Counted from the first letter of the stretch, positions 12,783 to 22,839 are shown. The stretch: DNA of 64,000 nucleotides from Candidatus Eiseniibacteriota bacterium (GCA_003235575.1 QJVW01000079.1:25525-89524), one strand, 5' to 3'. Notes: generated by a model not told the origin, from the letters alone. Program-made: numbers and translations.

Positions 12783-13828
12783 AGGCCCTACGATTGGAGG
12801 AGGCGAACGCGCCGCTCCAACTTCAGGAGTTGCCGGTGCCGAAACCGGGCGAGGATGAGGTTCTCGTACGGGTGGCCGGGTGCGGCGTCTGTCACACGGA
12901 TATCGGGTTTTGGCGCGATGGAGTCCCCACGCGCCACGGAATCCCGCTCACGCTGGGGCACGAGATCAGCGGCGTGGTCACCGCGGCCGGCGCGGCGTAC
13001 CGCGATTGGGTCGGCCGCGAGGTCATCGTCCCCTCGGTCATTCCCTGCGGCCAGTGCGACCTCTGCCGGGCCGGGCGTGGAAACGCCTGCCGAAAGCAGA
13101 AGATGCCGGGCAATGACATGGATGGGGGATTCGCCGACTACATCGCCGTGCCGGGACTCGGGCTCTGTCCGGTCGAGACGCGAAACGGCTACGACCTGGC
13201 CGAACTCTCGGTCATCGCGGACGCCGTCACCACGCCGTATCAGGCCGCGGTCCGAAGCGGCCTCTCCGCCGGCGACCTCGCCATCGTGGTCGGCGCGGGC
13301 GGCGTCGGCGGGTACGCGGTTCAGGTGGCCGCCGCCCTCGGCGCCCGCGTCGTCGCGCTCGACGTGGACGACGCGCGCCTCGAAGCCATCGCGCCCCACG
13401 GGGCTTCCCTCACGCTCAATTCCGAGGCCAATGACTTCAAGACGCTCAAGAAGGAAATCGTCGGGGCGGCGAAGGCCTGGGGCTGTCCCCCCAACGGATG
13501 GAAGATCTTCGAATGCTCCGGACACCCCGCGGGGCAGGAGACGGCGTTCGGCCTGCTGGGGTACGCGGGCGTCCTCATGGTCGTCGGGTTCACGTTGGCC
13601 AAGATCGAATTGCGGCTCAGCAACCTGATGGCGTTCGACGCCACCGTCCAGGGGACCTGGGGTTGCCGACCCGAGCTCTATCCGGAAGCGCTGCGACTCG
13701 TCACGGAGGGACGCATCACGTTGAAGCCGTTCATCGAACGTCATCCGCTCGCGGAGGGAGCAGAGATCCTGCGCCGTGTGGCGGATCACGAAGTTCACAA
13801 GCGGGCGATCCTGGAACCGGCCGCCTAG
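12779..13828 (+). CDS. had: 6-hydroxycyclohex-1-ene-1-carbonyl-CoA dehydrogenase (Zn-dependent MDR)
   Basis: GCGVCHTD, LGHEISG, PCGQCDLC...C, MPGNDMDGGFA, DAVTTPYQA, LMAFDATVQGTWGC; located in the dch/oah/bcr cluster. Confidence 0.88.
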   Translation: MKALRLEEANAPLQLQELPVPKPGEDEVLVRVAGCGVCHTDIGFWRDGVPTRHGIPLTLGHEISGVVTAAGAAYRDWVGREVIVPSVIPCGQCDLCRAGRGNACRKQKMPGNDMDGGFADYIAVPGLGLCPVETRNGYDLAELSVIADAVTTPYQAAVRSGLSAGDLAIVVGAGGVGGYAVQVAAALGARVVALDVDDARLEAIAPHGASLTLNSEANDFKTLKKEIVGAAKAWGCPPNGWKIFECSGHPAGQETAFGLLGYAGVLMVVGFTLAKIELRLSNLMAFDATVQGTWGCRPELYPEALRLVTEGRITLKPFIERHPLAEGAEILRRVADHEVHKRAILEPAA

Positions 13829-13874
13829 GCCCGGCACGCCGACGGCGCGTCGCCGTCCGCACGGAGGACCTACC

Positions 13875-14981
13875 ATGCAGTTGAAGAACCATTCGCTCCT
13901 AGCGGATTACCGATTCGAGCACATCACCTACGAGCTTCGCCCGGCCGTCGATCCGAAAGGTCGCCCGGTCGACGGGCTCTTCAATGCCTGGATCGTGCTC
14001 GACAACCCATCCCAAATGAACAGCTACACGACGGACATGGCTCGCGAGGTCGGCATCGCCTTCCGGCAGGCGAGCATGGATCGCCGCGTCGTCTGCTGCG
14101 TCTTCACGGCGACCGGCGACCGGGCGTTCTGCACCGGGGGAAACACGAAGGAGTACGCCGAGTACTACTCGGGGAATCCGCAGGAGTACAAGCAGTACAT
14201 GCGCGTGTTCAACGACATGATCGACGCCATCCTGCGGTGCGACAAACCGGTCGTCAATCGGGTGAACGGGATGCGTGTCGCCGGGGGGCAGGAGATCGGG
14301 ATGGCCTGCGACTTCAGCATCGCCGCCGATACCGCGCGCTTCGGCCAGGCGGGCCCCAAGCACGGGTCGGCGCCGGACGGCGGCTCCACCGATTTTCTGC
14401 CGCTCTACGTCGGCTTCTCCCACGCCATGGACAGCGCCGTGCTCTGCGAGATGTGGAGCGCGCACAAGGCGCTCTATCTCGGACTCCTCACCCAGGTCGT
14501 GCCGGTGCTGCGGCTCGACGGGCAATGGATTCCGAATCCCCTCGTCGTGACGGATCGGTTCCTGGACGAGTTCGGGCGCATCGTCTACGGCGACTTCAAG
14601 ACGGGCGAGGCGGCCGCCGCCGGGAAAGCAACCATGGCGAAGGCCACCGTCGACCAGTCACAGCTCGACCAGGCGGTCGAGGCGCTGTGCACCAAGATCC
14701 TGATGCTGATGCCCGATTGCGTCTCGAAGACGGTCAACGGCATCCGCAAGCACAAGCAGCGTCACTGGGACTTGAACGCCATCACCAATCGCGAGTGGCT
14801 GTCGCTGAACATGATGACGGAGGCGCGCGCCGGCTTCCGGGCGTTCAACGAGGGGCCGAAGGATCGCCGTGAAGTCGATTTCATCAAGCTTCGCCAGATG
14901 CTGGCGCAGGGTCATCCGTGGGACGACGAGCTCCTCCGGGCGATCTCTCCGCAGTTTCAGACGGAGGTGGCGGGGCGCTGA
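13875..14981 (+). CDS. oah: 6-oxocyclohex-1-ene-1-carbonyl-CoA hydrolase (ring-opening)
   Basis: NAWIVLDNPSQMNSYTT, AFCTGGNTKEYAEYYSGNPQEYKQYMR, GGGQEIGMACD, QAGPKHGSAP; ATG 13875 follows a GGAGG SD. Confidence 0.95.
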   Translation: MQLKNHSLLADYRFEHITYELRPAVDPKGRPVDGLFNAWIVLDNPSQMNSYTTDMAREVGIAFRQASMDRRVVCCVFTATGDRAFCTGGNTKEYAEYYSGNPQEYKQYMRVFNDMIDAILRCDKPVVNRVNGMRVAGGQEIGMACDFSIAADTARFGQAGPKHGSAPDGGSTDFLPLYVGFSHAMDSAVLCEMWSAHKALYLGLLTQVVPVLRLDGQWIPNPLVVTDRFLDEFGRIVYGDFKTGEAAAAGKATMAKATVDQSQLDQAVEALCTKILMLMPDCVSKTVNGIRKHKQRHWDLNAITNREWLSLNMMTEARAGFRAFNEGPKDRREVDFIKLRQMLAQGHPWDDELLRAISPQFQTEVAGR

Positions 14982-15002
14982 CCGCCCGCCACGGGGAACG
15001 GC

Positions 15003-15752
15003 ATGAACCTGGGCCTCGAGGGGCGGACGGCGGTCGTGACCGGAGGCGCCTCGGGGATCGGCGCCGCGGTGGCGGTGGCCCTGGCCGGCGAGGGATGCGA
15101 CATCGGGGTCGTGGACCATCGCCCCGCCACGGAGGCCGGATCGGTGCTGTCGGCCATCGAGGCGGCCGGGCGGCGGGGCCTGTACGTGGAAGCGGACGTT
15201 CGGGATCCGGCGCGGGCGGAGCGCGGGATCGCCACCATCGTCGACGCCTGGGGGCGGCTGGACGTGCTGGTGTGCTGCGCCGGGATCACGGACGACGCCG
15301 TCTCCTGGAAGATGACGCCCGAGCAGTGGGATGCGGTCATCGGCGTCAACCTGACCGGGTGCTTCCTTTGGAACCGCGCGGCGGCGCGCGTCATGAAGGA
15401 GCGGGGCAGCGGCCGCATCGTGAACATCGGCTCGATCAACGGCCTGCGCGGCAAATTCGGGCAGGCCAACTACGCGGCGTCGAAGGCGGGCATGGTGGGG
15501 CTTTCGAAGACGTTGGCCCGTGAACTGGGGAAATACGGCGTGACGGTGAACGTCGTGGCCCCCGGGATGGTTCGCACGCCGATGACGGCCCGGTTGCCGC
15601 GGGACGTCGTGGATCGGGCGATCGGCGAGACAGCCGGGGGACGCCTGGCCGAGCCGGAAGACTGCGCCGCCGTGGTGGCGTTTCTCTGCTCGGAGCGGGC
15701 GGCCCACGTGACCGGGCAGGTGGTTCGCGTGGACGGAGGACAGTACCCATGA
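15003..15752 (+). CDS. Short-chain dehydrogenase/reductase (3-oxoacyl/3-hydroxyacyl-CoA type)
   Basis: VTGGASGIG, CCAGI, IGSING, YAASK, VNVVAPG, VTGQVVRVDGG. A role in the lower pathway is inferred from context only. Confidence 0.85.
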   Translation: MNLGLEGRTAVVTGGASGIGAAVAVALAGEGCDIGVVDHRPATEAGSVLSAIEAAGRRGLYVEADVRDPARAERGIATIVDAWGRLDVLVCCAGITDDAVSWKMTPEQWDAVIGVNLTGCFLWNRAAARVMKERGSGRIVNIGSINGLRGKFGQANYAASKAGMVGLSKTLARELGKYGVTVNVVAPGMVRTPMTARLPRDVVDRAIGETAGGRLAEPEDCAAVVAFLCSERAAHVTGQVVRVDGGQYP

Positions 15753-15783
15753 GTCGGGCGTCCGGCAGCGGAGGAGGGGCAAG

Positions 15784-16542
15784 ATGCTGGTGAAGACGAG
15801 TATCGAGGGCGGCGTCGCCACCCTCACGATCGACAACCCCCCGCTGAACGTGATCACCCAGGCGCTGGCGCGCGCGCTGCGGGAGGCGCTGCCGCCGCTG
15901 GCCGAGCGCGGGGATCTGCGCGTCCTGCTGGTGCGGGCCGAGGGAAAACACTTCTCGGCCGGGGCGGATGTCGGCGAGCACCTGCCGCCGACGTACCGGG
16001 ACATGATTCCCGAATTCCTCGAGACCGTCGAGGCCGTGGCTGCCTTCCCGCAGCCGGTGATCGCCGCCGTGCGCGGGCGCTGCCTCGGGGGCGGCTTCGA
16101 GCTCGCGCAGGCCGCGGACATCATCGTCGCGGGGGAGGGCGCGTCCTTCGGGCAGCCGGAGATCCTTCTGGGGGTGATCGCCCCCCTCGCCTGTGTGGCC
16201 CTGCCGCGCGTCGCCGGCCGAGGGGCGGCGGCCGAGATGCTGTTCACCGGGGACCCCGTCACCGCGCGCCGGGCCGCCGAACGGGGCATCGTCCAGCGCG
16301 TGGTGCCTGACGATCAGGTGGAGAGCGAGGCGGCGGGTCTGGCCGAACGGATCGCCACCCGGAGCGCCCCGGCGCTGCGGCTCACGAAGCACACGCTGCG
16401 GGCCTCCGCGCTGCGGGCGCGTCCGGACGCGCTGCGCCTGGCGGAGCGGATCTACGTGGACGAGCTGATGGAGACGGAGGACGCCGTCGAGGGACTTCGC
16501 GCGTTCCTCGACAAGCGCGCCCCGAACTGGAGGCACCGGTGA
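15784..16542 (+). CDS. dch: Cyclohexa-1,5-diene-1-carbonyl-CoA hydratase (crotonase fold)
   Basis: HFSAGADVGEHLP, RGRCLGGGFEL, FGQPEILLGVIAP, EDAVEGLRAFLDKR; operon context. Confidence 0.85.
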   Translation: MLVKTSIEGGVATLTIDNPPLNVITQALARALREALPPLAERGDLRVLLVRAEGKHFSAGADVGEHLPPTYRDMIPEFLETVEAVAAFPQPVIAAVRGRCLGGGFELAQAADIIVAGEGASFGQPEILLGVIAPLACVALPRVAGRGAAAEMLFTGDPVTARRAAERGIVQRVVPDDQVESEAAGLAERIATRSAPALRLTKHTLRASALRARPDALRLAERIYVDELMETEDAVEGLRAFLDKRAPNWRHR

Positions 16543-17708
16543 ACGAGGTCGTGGTCTTTCCGGAATGGCGGGAGAAGGATCTCGACGGGATCCTGGGCGC
16601 CTGCCTCGAACTCATCGAGGACACCACCTTCCCGACCGTCAAACGGTGGCGCGACGCGGGCGGCAAAGTCGTCGGCCACTTCCAGGTCTACTTTCCCGAG
16701 GAACTCGCCGACGCTGCGGGGCTCCTGCCCTTCAAGGTTCGCGGCGCTTCGATCGACGCCTCGCAGGCCGACTCGCGGTTCGGCTCCTACCTTTGCTCCG
16801 TCGTGAAGACGTCGCTGGAGCTCGCCCTCAGCGAGCGGGTCCACCTCGACCTCTTCGTCACGCATCCGATCTGCGACGCGGCGCGCAACCTGGCGGCCGT
16901 CTGGGGTCGAAACGTCTCCTATCCCTGCCAGATCCTCTACCTGCCGCAGAACGCCGCCTCGCCGAGCGCGGCGACGTATCTCCGCGGGGAGTACGACCGG
17001 CTGCGCCGGGTCCTCGAAGGCATCGCCGGAGCGCCGGTGCCGAACGAGGCGCTCCGGCGCTCGATCACGCGCTTCAACGAGAATCGCGCCTTGCTCCGCG
17101 AGCTCTATGCGATCAAACGGGAAACGCCCTGGCAGGTGGCCGCCCATGAGGCCTACGTGCTGACGGCGGTCGGGGGACTGGTGCCGCGCGAGGAGCACAA
17201 CGCGCTGCTCCGCACGGTCCTCCCGCTCCTTCGCAGCCGGGCGGCGCATGCGCAGGACCGCATCCGCGTCGTCTTCGAGGGCGGATTCTGCGAGCAGCCG
17301 CCCCTCGACCTCATCCGATCGATCGGCCGGTCCTGCTACGTCGTGGACGATGACTTCCTGATCGGCATGCGCTGGATCCTCGACGACGTGGATCCCGGCA
17401 AGGATCCCCTCGCCGCCTTGGCGGCCGCGTACCTGGAGGGATCCGGGTACAGCCCGGTCCAGCACGATCCGCGGAAGCCCAAGGAGCGGATGCTCCTCGA
17501 CCGGATCGATCGTTCCGATGCGCGGGCGGCCATCGTTTCCTCCGCCAAGATGTGCGAGCCGGGCCTGGAGGAACAGGTCGCCTACGTGCAGGCGTTGGAC
17601 GGAGCGCGGATTCCTCACTTCGTGACGGAATTCGAGGAGAACATGACCACGTTCGAGCAGCTCGAGATCCAACTGGAAACATTCGTCGAGAATCTTCTCT
17701 TCGACTGA
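16539..17708 (+). CDS. bcrC: Class I benzoyl-CoA reductase, BcrC/BzdN-like subunit
   Basis: SYLCSVVKTSLEL, ICDAARNL, FNENRALL, GFCEQPPLDLI, YVVDDDF, KMCEPGL; GTGA overlap with dch. Confidence 0.85.
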   Translation: MNEVVVFPEWREKDLDGILGACLELIEDTTFPTVKRWRDAGGKVVGHFQVYFPEELADAAGLLPFKVRGASIDASQADSRFGSYLCSVVKTSLELALSERVHLDLFVTHPICDAARNLAAVWGRNVSYPCQILYLPQNAASPSAATYLRGEYDRLRRVLEGIAGAPVPNEALRRSITRFNENRALLRELYAIKRETPWQVAAHEAYVLTAVGGLVPREEHNALLRTVLPLLRSRAAHAQDRIRVVFEGGFCEQPPLDLIRSIGRSCYVVDDDFLIGMRWILDDVDPGKDPLAALAAAYLEGSGYSPVQHDPRKPKERMLLDRIDRSDARAAIVSSAKMCEPGLEEQVAYVQALDGARIPHFVTEFEENMTTFEQLEIQLETFVENLLFD

Positions 17709-17717
17709 GGGGCAGCC

Positions 17718-19025
17718 ATGGAAACGGAATCGAAGCACGACGGCATCGTGGGGCGCGGCAATCGGGAAGGCGCACGCCTCTTCCGGGAGTGGTTCGACTC
17801 CTTGACCCGAGCCGCCGAGGAAGATCGGGGCGGCGCCTATGTCTTCGTCATGGGAAGCCTCGGCGAATTGCTGCGCGCGTTCGACCTTCCGGTCGTCTTT
17901 CCCGAAATCAATTCCCTCCAAACCGCGGTGCGCAAGGTCGCGCACGAATACCTGAACGAGGCGGAGGATATCGGGTACTCCCCGGACATTTGCGGGTACG
18001 TGAAAGCCGACATCGCCACCCAGCAACGGGGCGGGCAACTTCCCATGGGGCGGATCCCCAAACCCGCCATCGCGGTCCTGACGAACGCCTGCAACACCTA
18101 CATCAAGTGGGCGGAGATCTGGGAGCGGATGTACCACATGCCGTGCTACGTGCTGGACGTGCCCGGTTCCCGCGCCGATGGGCTCACGCCGGGACCCGGC
18201 GACCGGGACTTCGACAACGACCGGCGCTATGTGGCCGCGCAATTGAAGGAGCTGATCGGGCTGCTCGAGGAAACGACGGGAAAGCGGTTCGATATCGACC
18301 GCCTGCGCGAGTCGCTGGTCCACGCGAACGCCATGAACCAGGGGTGGCAACGGGTCCTGGAGCTGAACCGGAGCCGTCCCTCCCTCTTCAACGCGCTCTC
18401 CGACGGAACGATCTATCTCGGTGTCTCCAACGGCTTCCGGGGCGCTCCCGAGGGCGCCCGGTACTTCACGGAACTGGTCGAGGAAATGGAGTACAAACGC
18501 GATCAGGGCATCGGGACCCTCGTCGACGAGCAGTACCGCCTCATCTTCGTCGGGGTGCCGTGCTACCCGATCTTCCGGCGATTCACGGAGCTCTTCACCG
18601 AGCACGGCGGGACGTTCGTGAACTCGACCTATCTCTGGTTCGCATCGGGCGGGTCGAACCTGGGGTTCCAATACGATCCACGGGATCCGCTCGAAAGCCT
18701 GGCCGAGGGCGTACTCGTGGGCGTGCGCGACGCGATGGACAGCATGTTCTTCCAGACGCGAGCGCTCGCCGGGATGATCGACGACTACGCCGCGGACGGC
18801 ATCGTGTTCCACCCGATCAAGAGCTGCCGCACGGTCTCGACCGGGCTCGCGGACAACCGCCGCGCCCTGATGGCGATGCGTGACATTCCAAGCCTGTTCG
18901 TCGAGTCGGACATGATGGACCGGCGTGTCGTTTCGGAAGCGCAGATGAAGAACCGCGTGGACGCGTTCTTCGAGGGTCTCGCCTCGCGCCGGCAACTGGC
19001 CGGGGCGGGCCGCGGCGAAGCGTAG
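17718..19025 (+). CDS. bcrB: Class I benzoyl-CoA reductase, BcrB/BzdO-like subunit
   Basis: [64 protein letters not shown]. Confidence 0.85.
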   Translation: METESKHDGIVGRGNREGARLFREWFDSLTRAAEEDRGGAYVFVMGSLGELLRAFDLPVVFPEINSLQTAVRKVAHEYLNEAEDIGYSPDICGYVKADIATQQRGGQLPMGRIPKPAIAVLTNACNTYIKWAEIWERMYHMPCYVLDVPGSRADGLTPGPGDRDFDNDRRYVAAQLKELIGLLEETTGKRFDIDRLRESLVHANAMNQGWQRVLELNRSRPSLFNALSDGTIYLGVSNGFRGAPEGARYFTELVEEMEYKRDQGIGTLVDEQYRLIFVGVPCYPIFRRFTELFTEHGGTFVNSTYLWFASGGSNLGFQYDPRDPLESLAEGVLVGVRDAMDSMFFQTRALAGMIDDYAADGIVFHPIKSCRTVSTGLADNRRALMAMRDIPSLFVESDMMDRRVVSEAQMKNRVDAFFEGLASRRQLAGAGRGEA

Positions 19026-19039
19026 GGGAGGGAGGCCTC

Positions 19040-19858
19040 ATGGCGTACGCGGCGGGAGTCGATGTGGGTTCCACCCAGACGAAGGCGGTCGTGATCGACG
19101 AGGGGGGGCGGATCGTCGGGCGCTCCCTGACCGCGACCGGCGCCAACGTGATTCGGGCGGCGGAGGACGCCTTCCGCGAGGCCCTGGCCGACGGGGATCT
19201 GCGCGAGGAGGAGGTGGAGTACGTCGTCGGCACCGGCTACGGACGGTACAAGGTGACCTTCGGCAACACGCAGGTGACCGAGATATCGTGCCACGGCCGC
19301 GGCGCCGTGCACATGTTCCCGGCGACGCGGACCGTCGTCGACATGGGCGGTCAGGACACGAAGGCGATCCGCGTCTCCGCCCGCGGGGAAATCGAAGATT
19401 TCTGCATGAACGACAAGTGCGCGGCGGGAACGGGGAGGTTCCTGGGCGCGGCATCCTCGGCGCTCGACATTCCGCTGGAGCAGCTCGGTCCGACGGCGCT
19501 ACGGGGCGAGCGGCCGGTCAAGATCAGCACGACCTGCACGGTCTTCGCCGAGACCGAAGTGCTCTCGTGGCTGGGGAAGGGCAAGAAGATCGAGGACATC
19601 CTCCTCGGTGTGCACCACTCGATCGCGTATCGATCCGTCGCGCTTCTGTGGCGGACGGGGATCGAGGACGAAGTGACCTTTACCGGGGGCGTGGCCAAGA
19701 ACATCGCGATGATCGCGGCGTTGGAGCGGGAAATGGGCAAGAAGGTGAACGTGAGCGAGGAATCCCACTACATGGGCGCGCTCGGCGCGGCGCTGTTCGC
19801 CTTGGATCACATCGTGGCGAGTCGCGCGCCCGTGCGCGCCAGGGGGGTGACGCCATGA
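19040..19858 (+). CDS. bcrA: Class I benzoyl-CoA reductase ATP-dependent activase subunit (short BcrA/BzdQ-like)
   Basis: [55 protein letters not shown]. Confidence 0.8.
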   Translation: MAYAAGVDVGSTQTKAVVIDEGGRIVGRSLTATGANVIRAAEDAFREALADGDLREEEVEYVVGTGYGRYKVTFGNTQVTEISCHGRGAVHMFPATRTVVDMGGQDTKAIRVSARGEIEDFCMNDKCAAGTGRFLGAASSALDIPLEQLGPTALRGERPVKISTTCTVFAETEVLSWLGKGKKIEDILLGVHHSIAYRSVALLWRTGIEDEVTFTGGVAKNIAMIAALEREMGKKVNVSEESHYMGALGAALFALDHIVASRAPVRARGVTP

Positions 19859-20715
19859 GGCTCGTCGCCGGCATCGACGTCGGCTCGACGTACACGAAGG
19901 CGCTCCTCCTGCGGGAGGATCGCAGCATCGCGGCGCACGCCCTGGAGCCGACGGGCTTCCGGCTGGCCGAGATCGCCGAGACCGCATTGCGCCGCGCCCT
20001 GGAGCGCGCGGGGCTCGCGCGCGACGCGGTGGACTACATCGTGGCGACCGGCTTCGGCCGCCATCAGGTGACCTTCGCGGACGTGCACGTCACCGACATC
20101 ACCGCCGCGGCGCGCGGCGCGACGCTGCTCTTCCCGGGTACGCGCACGGTGCTGGACGTCGGAGGCCAGACGATGAAGGCGAGCCGTCTCGCGGAGACGG
20201 CGAAGGTCAAAGCGTTCCGCCTGAACGACAAATGCGCGGCGGGGACGGGGGCGTTTTTGGAAAAGACCGCGCGCTACATGGGGTACAGCACCGAGGAGAT
20301 CGGGCCGCTCGTGGCCACGTCGAAGGAGTTCCCGGCGATATCGGGCGTCTGCGCCGTCTTCGCGGAATCGGAAGTCATCAATCACCTCTCCCACGGCGTG
20401 GCGCCGGCGGACATCATGCACGGGGCGATCGTCTCCCTGGTCGGCCGGTCGGTGCAGCTCATGAAGCGGGTCAAGATGGAGCCCGAATTCACGCTGATCG
20501 GCGGCATCCTGCGATTCGAGACGATGGTCCGCGTGGCGCGGGAGGCCCTTCGCGCCGACGTCAACGTACCGGAGGGCGATCTCGTGCAGTTCGTCGCGGC
20601 GCTCGGCGCGGCGCAATTGGGTCATCGGCGCCTCGACCAACTCGCCGGGGGAACGCCCGCGACGGCGACCGGTCGCGCCGAGGCGCGCACCGGGGTCGGA
20701 CCGGCGGAGGGATGA
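19855..20715 (+). CDS. bcrD: Class I benzoyl-CoA reductase second activase subunit (BcrD/BzdP-like)
   Basis: [48 protein letters not shown]; ATGA overlap with the preceding gene. Confidence 0.8.
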   Translation: MRLVAGIDVGSTYTKALLLREDRSIAAHALEPTGFRLAEIAETALRRALERAGLARDAVDYIVATGFGRHQVTFADVHVTDITAAARGATLLFPGTRTVLDVGGQTMKASRLAETAKVKAFRLNDKCAAGTGAFLEKTARYMGYSTEEIGPLVATSKEFPAISGVCAVFAESEVINHLSHGVAPADIMHGAIVSLVGRSVQLMKRVKMEPEFTLIGGILRFETMVRVAREALRADVNVPEGDLVQFVAALGAAQLGHRRLDQLAGGTPATATGRAEARTGVGPAEG

Positions 20716-21032
20716 ACCGGTCCGCCGAGGAGGGGTCGGGCGCGCCTCCCGACCGCCTCGCTTCTCTCGTCCGCGAGGAGGCGCTGCGCGCCGAGGCGCA
20801 GGCGCAGGTCCGACCCGATCCCGCCCGACTGGAGCAGGGGTGGACCCGGCGCTTCGTCGTCGAGGCGCGGCGGGTGGAGGAGTACGTGCGTCTCTACGAG
20901 TCGATCGGCTACGAGGTGGCCGCCGATCCCGTACGGCGCGAGCAGGTGGACGACCGCTGCGATGACTGCCGCGTCGTGCTCCTGCTGGATTACCGGACGA
21001 TCTACACCCGAACGAAAGAGGTGTCCCCATGA
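20712..21032 (+). CDS. Small uncharacterised protein (106 aa) with CxxC
   Basis: ATGA overlaps at both ends; GWTRRF...LYESIGYEV...RCDDC...TIYTR; codon style matches neighbours. Confidence 0.75.
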   Translation: MNRSAEEGSGAPPDRLASLVREEALRAEAQAQVRPDPARLEQGWTRRFVVEARRVEEYVRLYESIGYEVAADPVRREQVDDRCDDCRVVLLLDYRTIYTRTKEVSP

Positions 21033-21697
21033 ACCCAGCGAGATCTCGAATTGCCGTGCTCGTCTTCTTGATCGTCGCGACCCCGTGCGCGGGATTCGCC
21101 GAAACCGGCGAACCAGGACCGGCCTCCCTCCACGGTCGCCACGCGCTCGCCGCCCGCCTGGGGGTGTTCAATCACGGCAGCATCGCCGTGAGTTCCGGCA
21201 CGGCCGGCTCCTCGACGCGCGTCAGCGGTTTCGCGGGATACGGTTCCTATGCCTACGGCGTTGCTCCCGAGTGGATGGTGGGGGTGACCGCCGGCTCCCT
21301 CGACGCGGAAGTCCTGTCGAGCGTGACGCCCGGCAGCGTCATTTCGAGTGTCGCTTCGGTAACGCCGATCCTCTTCGAGGCGCGCTGGTATCCGCTCGGG
21401 CTGGCGATGGGATCTACGGGTCGTCCATTCTTCGGAGCCGCGATCGGACCGTACATCGGTTCGGCCATCAACGCCATTGTGGGGTCGCAGGGGTCGAGCG
21501 GCACCATCACCGAATCGGTCGTGGGAGGCCGCGCGCAAGCCGGAATCGACTGGATCGTGGGCCGGCGGTTCCTGCTGGAGGTCGCCGGCGGCTACCACCT
21601 GGTGGGCGAATTCGACGAGCCGATCGGCAGCGAAACCGACTACAGCGGCGCGGAATTCACCTTCGGTATCGGCATCCTCTTCGGAACGCCGCGCTAG
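21029..21697 (+). CDS. Outer-membrane beta-barrel protein (OmpW/OmpA-like, small)
   Basis: Signal peptide, alternating amphipathic strands, PFFGAAIG, C-terminal FTFGIGILF. Confidence 0.7.
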   Translation: MNPARSRIAVLVFLIVATPCAGFAETGEPGPASLHGRHALAARLGVFNHGSIAVSSGTAGSSTRVSGFAGYGSYAYGVAPEWMVGVTAGSLDAEVLSSVTPGSVISSVASVTPILFEARWYPLGLAMGSTGRPFFGAAIGPYIGSAINAIVGSQGSSGTITESVVGGRAQAGIDWIVGRRFLLEVAGGYHLVGEFDEPIGSETDYSGAEFTFGIGILFGTPR

Positions 21698-22746
21698 CGC
21701 GCCGGCGGTTCGGCCGGCACGCCGCCGAGGAGTCGAAGGCGCTCCAGCCGTTCGGGCTCGTCGCGCCGCAGCCAGTCGTCCGCGGAGAGGAGTCGGTAGG
21801 CCGCGGCGAAGTGCGGCGCGGCCTCGGCGTCCTTGTGCAGGGCGGCCAGGCACTCCGCGATCTCCTCGTGCACAAACCCGTCCGGAGAGTCCGACGCCTC
21901 GTTTTCGGCCAACAGCGCGCGTTGCTCTTCGAGGGCCTCCTCGATGCGGCCAAGCGACCGCTTGGCGCGCGCGATACACCAGCGCGCGACCCGGATCTCG
22001 TTCGGGGACCCGGCGGCCTCCCGGGCGCGCCATGCCTTTTGGAACAGATCGAGGGCGGTTTCGTAGTCTCCGCCGTCGTGATAGGTCCAGCCCAAATTGT
22101 TGTAGAGGGATCCGAGCCACTTCCGAGCGCGCGGCTCCGAGGAGCCTTCTGCGGCGACGATCGCTCTCCGATTCCAGTCGATCGACGCCTCGCCCGACTC
22201 CACGATGCCCATCATGTGCGCCGCGTCCACCGCGTACGCGTCGGCCCCCGCATCGCGCGCCGCCTCCCAGGCCTCGAGAAATCGTGGGCGCGCCTCGTCG
22301 ACCCGCTTGGACGACCGCAGCATCCGGCCCCGTTCGAGAAGGAGGCGCACGCGGGCCACCCTCATGTCCGGCTGGAGCATTCGCTCCGCCCGGTCGAGGG
22401 TCGCGGCGGCCTCATCGAATTTCATCTGAAGTCCCTGTGCGCGGGCGATCTGGGTCAAGAGCTGAGCCAGATAGTCGACGTTTCCGGACGATTCGGCGGC
22501 CGGGAGAATTCGCTGAAACGCCGCTTCCGTCGATTCGGGCTGATCGTAGTTCCACAGCGCGTCGAAATCGGGAAGTGCCTTGGGGGTCTCCGCCATGGAA
22601 GCTCCCGCGCCGGTGGATACCAGGAGAAATGTGACCACGATCACGCAGAGCCCGATCGATGCGGCGATGCTCGGGGGGGTGACGGCCGCCGGCCACCTGT
22701 CCCCGGCGTTCGACGGGAGGGAGCGGCTGGAGGTTGCGCGTCGCAC
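21694..22746 (-). CDS. TPR-repeat protein, probably exported
   Basis: QIARAQGL, AHMMGI, SLYNNLGW, RWCIARAKRSLG repeats; hydrophobic N-terminus; start uncertain. Confidence 0.75.
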   Translation of the reverse strand: MRRATSSRSLPSNAGDRWPAAVTPPSIAASIGLCVIVVTFLLVSTGAGASMAETPKALPDFDALWNYDQPESTEAAFQRILPAAESSGNVDYLAQLLTQIARAQGLQMKFDEAAATLDRAERMLQPDMRVARVRLLLERGRMLRSSKRVDEARPRFLEAWEAARDAGADAYAVDAAHMMGIVESGEASIDWNRRAIVAAEGSSEPRARKWLGSLYNNLGWTYHDGGDYETALDLFQKAWRAREAAGSPNEIRVARWCIARAKRSLGRIEEALEEQRALLAENEASDSPDGFVHEEIAECLAALHKDAEAAPHFAAAYRLLSADDWLRRDEPERLERLRLLGGVPAEPPAR

Positions 22747-22839
22747 GGGGATCAGAATACTCTATAGTTCGGTCCTAGAGCAATTTGGGGATGTCGGCCA
22801 CGCCGCCGGACGGGCCCGTCCCCCGTGGAGGTGAGTGCC

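Noticed and set aside
16539-20715. Alternative call as 2-hydroxyacyl-CoA dehydratase plus activator
   Set aside because: Same superfamily, but the adjacent dch, had and oah and the two different activase subunits point to benzoyl-CoA reductase
21029-21697. Beta-barrel as the porin of a porin-cytochrome conduit for the multiheme operon
   Set aside because: Too small (222 aa) to house a cytochrome and coupled to the bcr operon rather than the cytochrome genes
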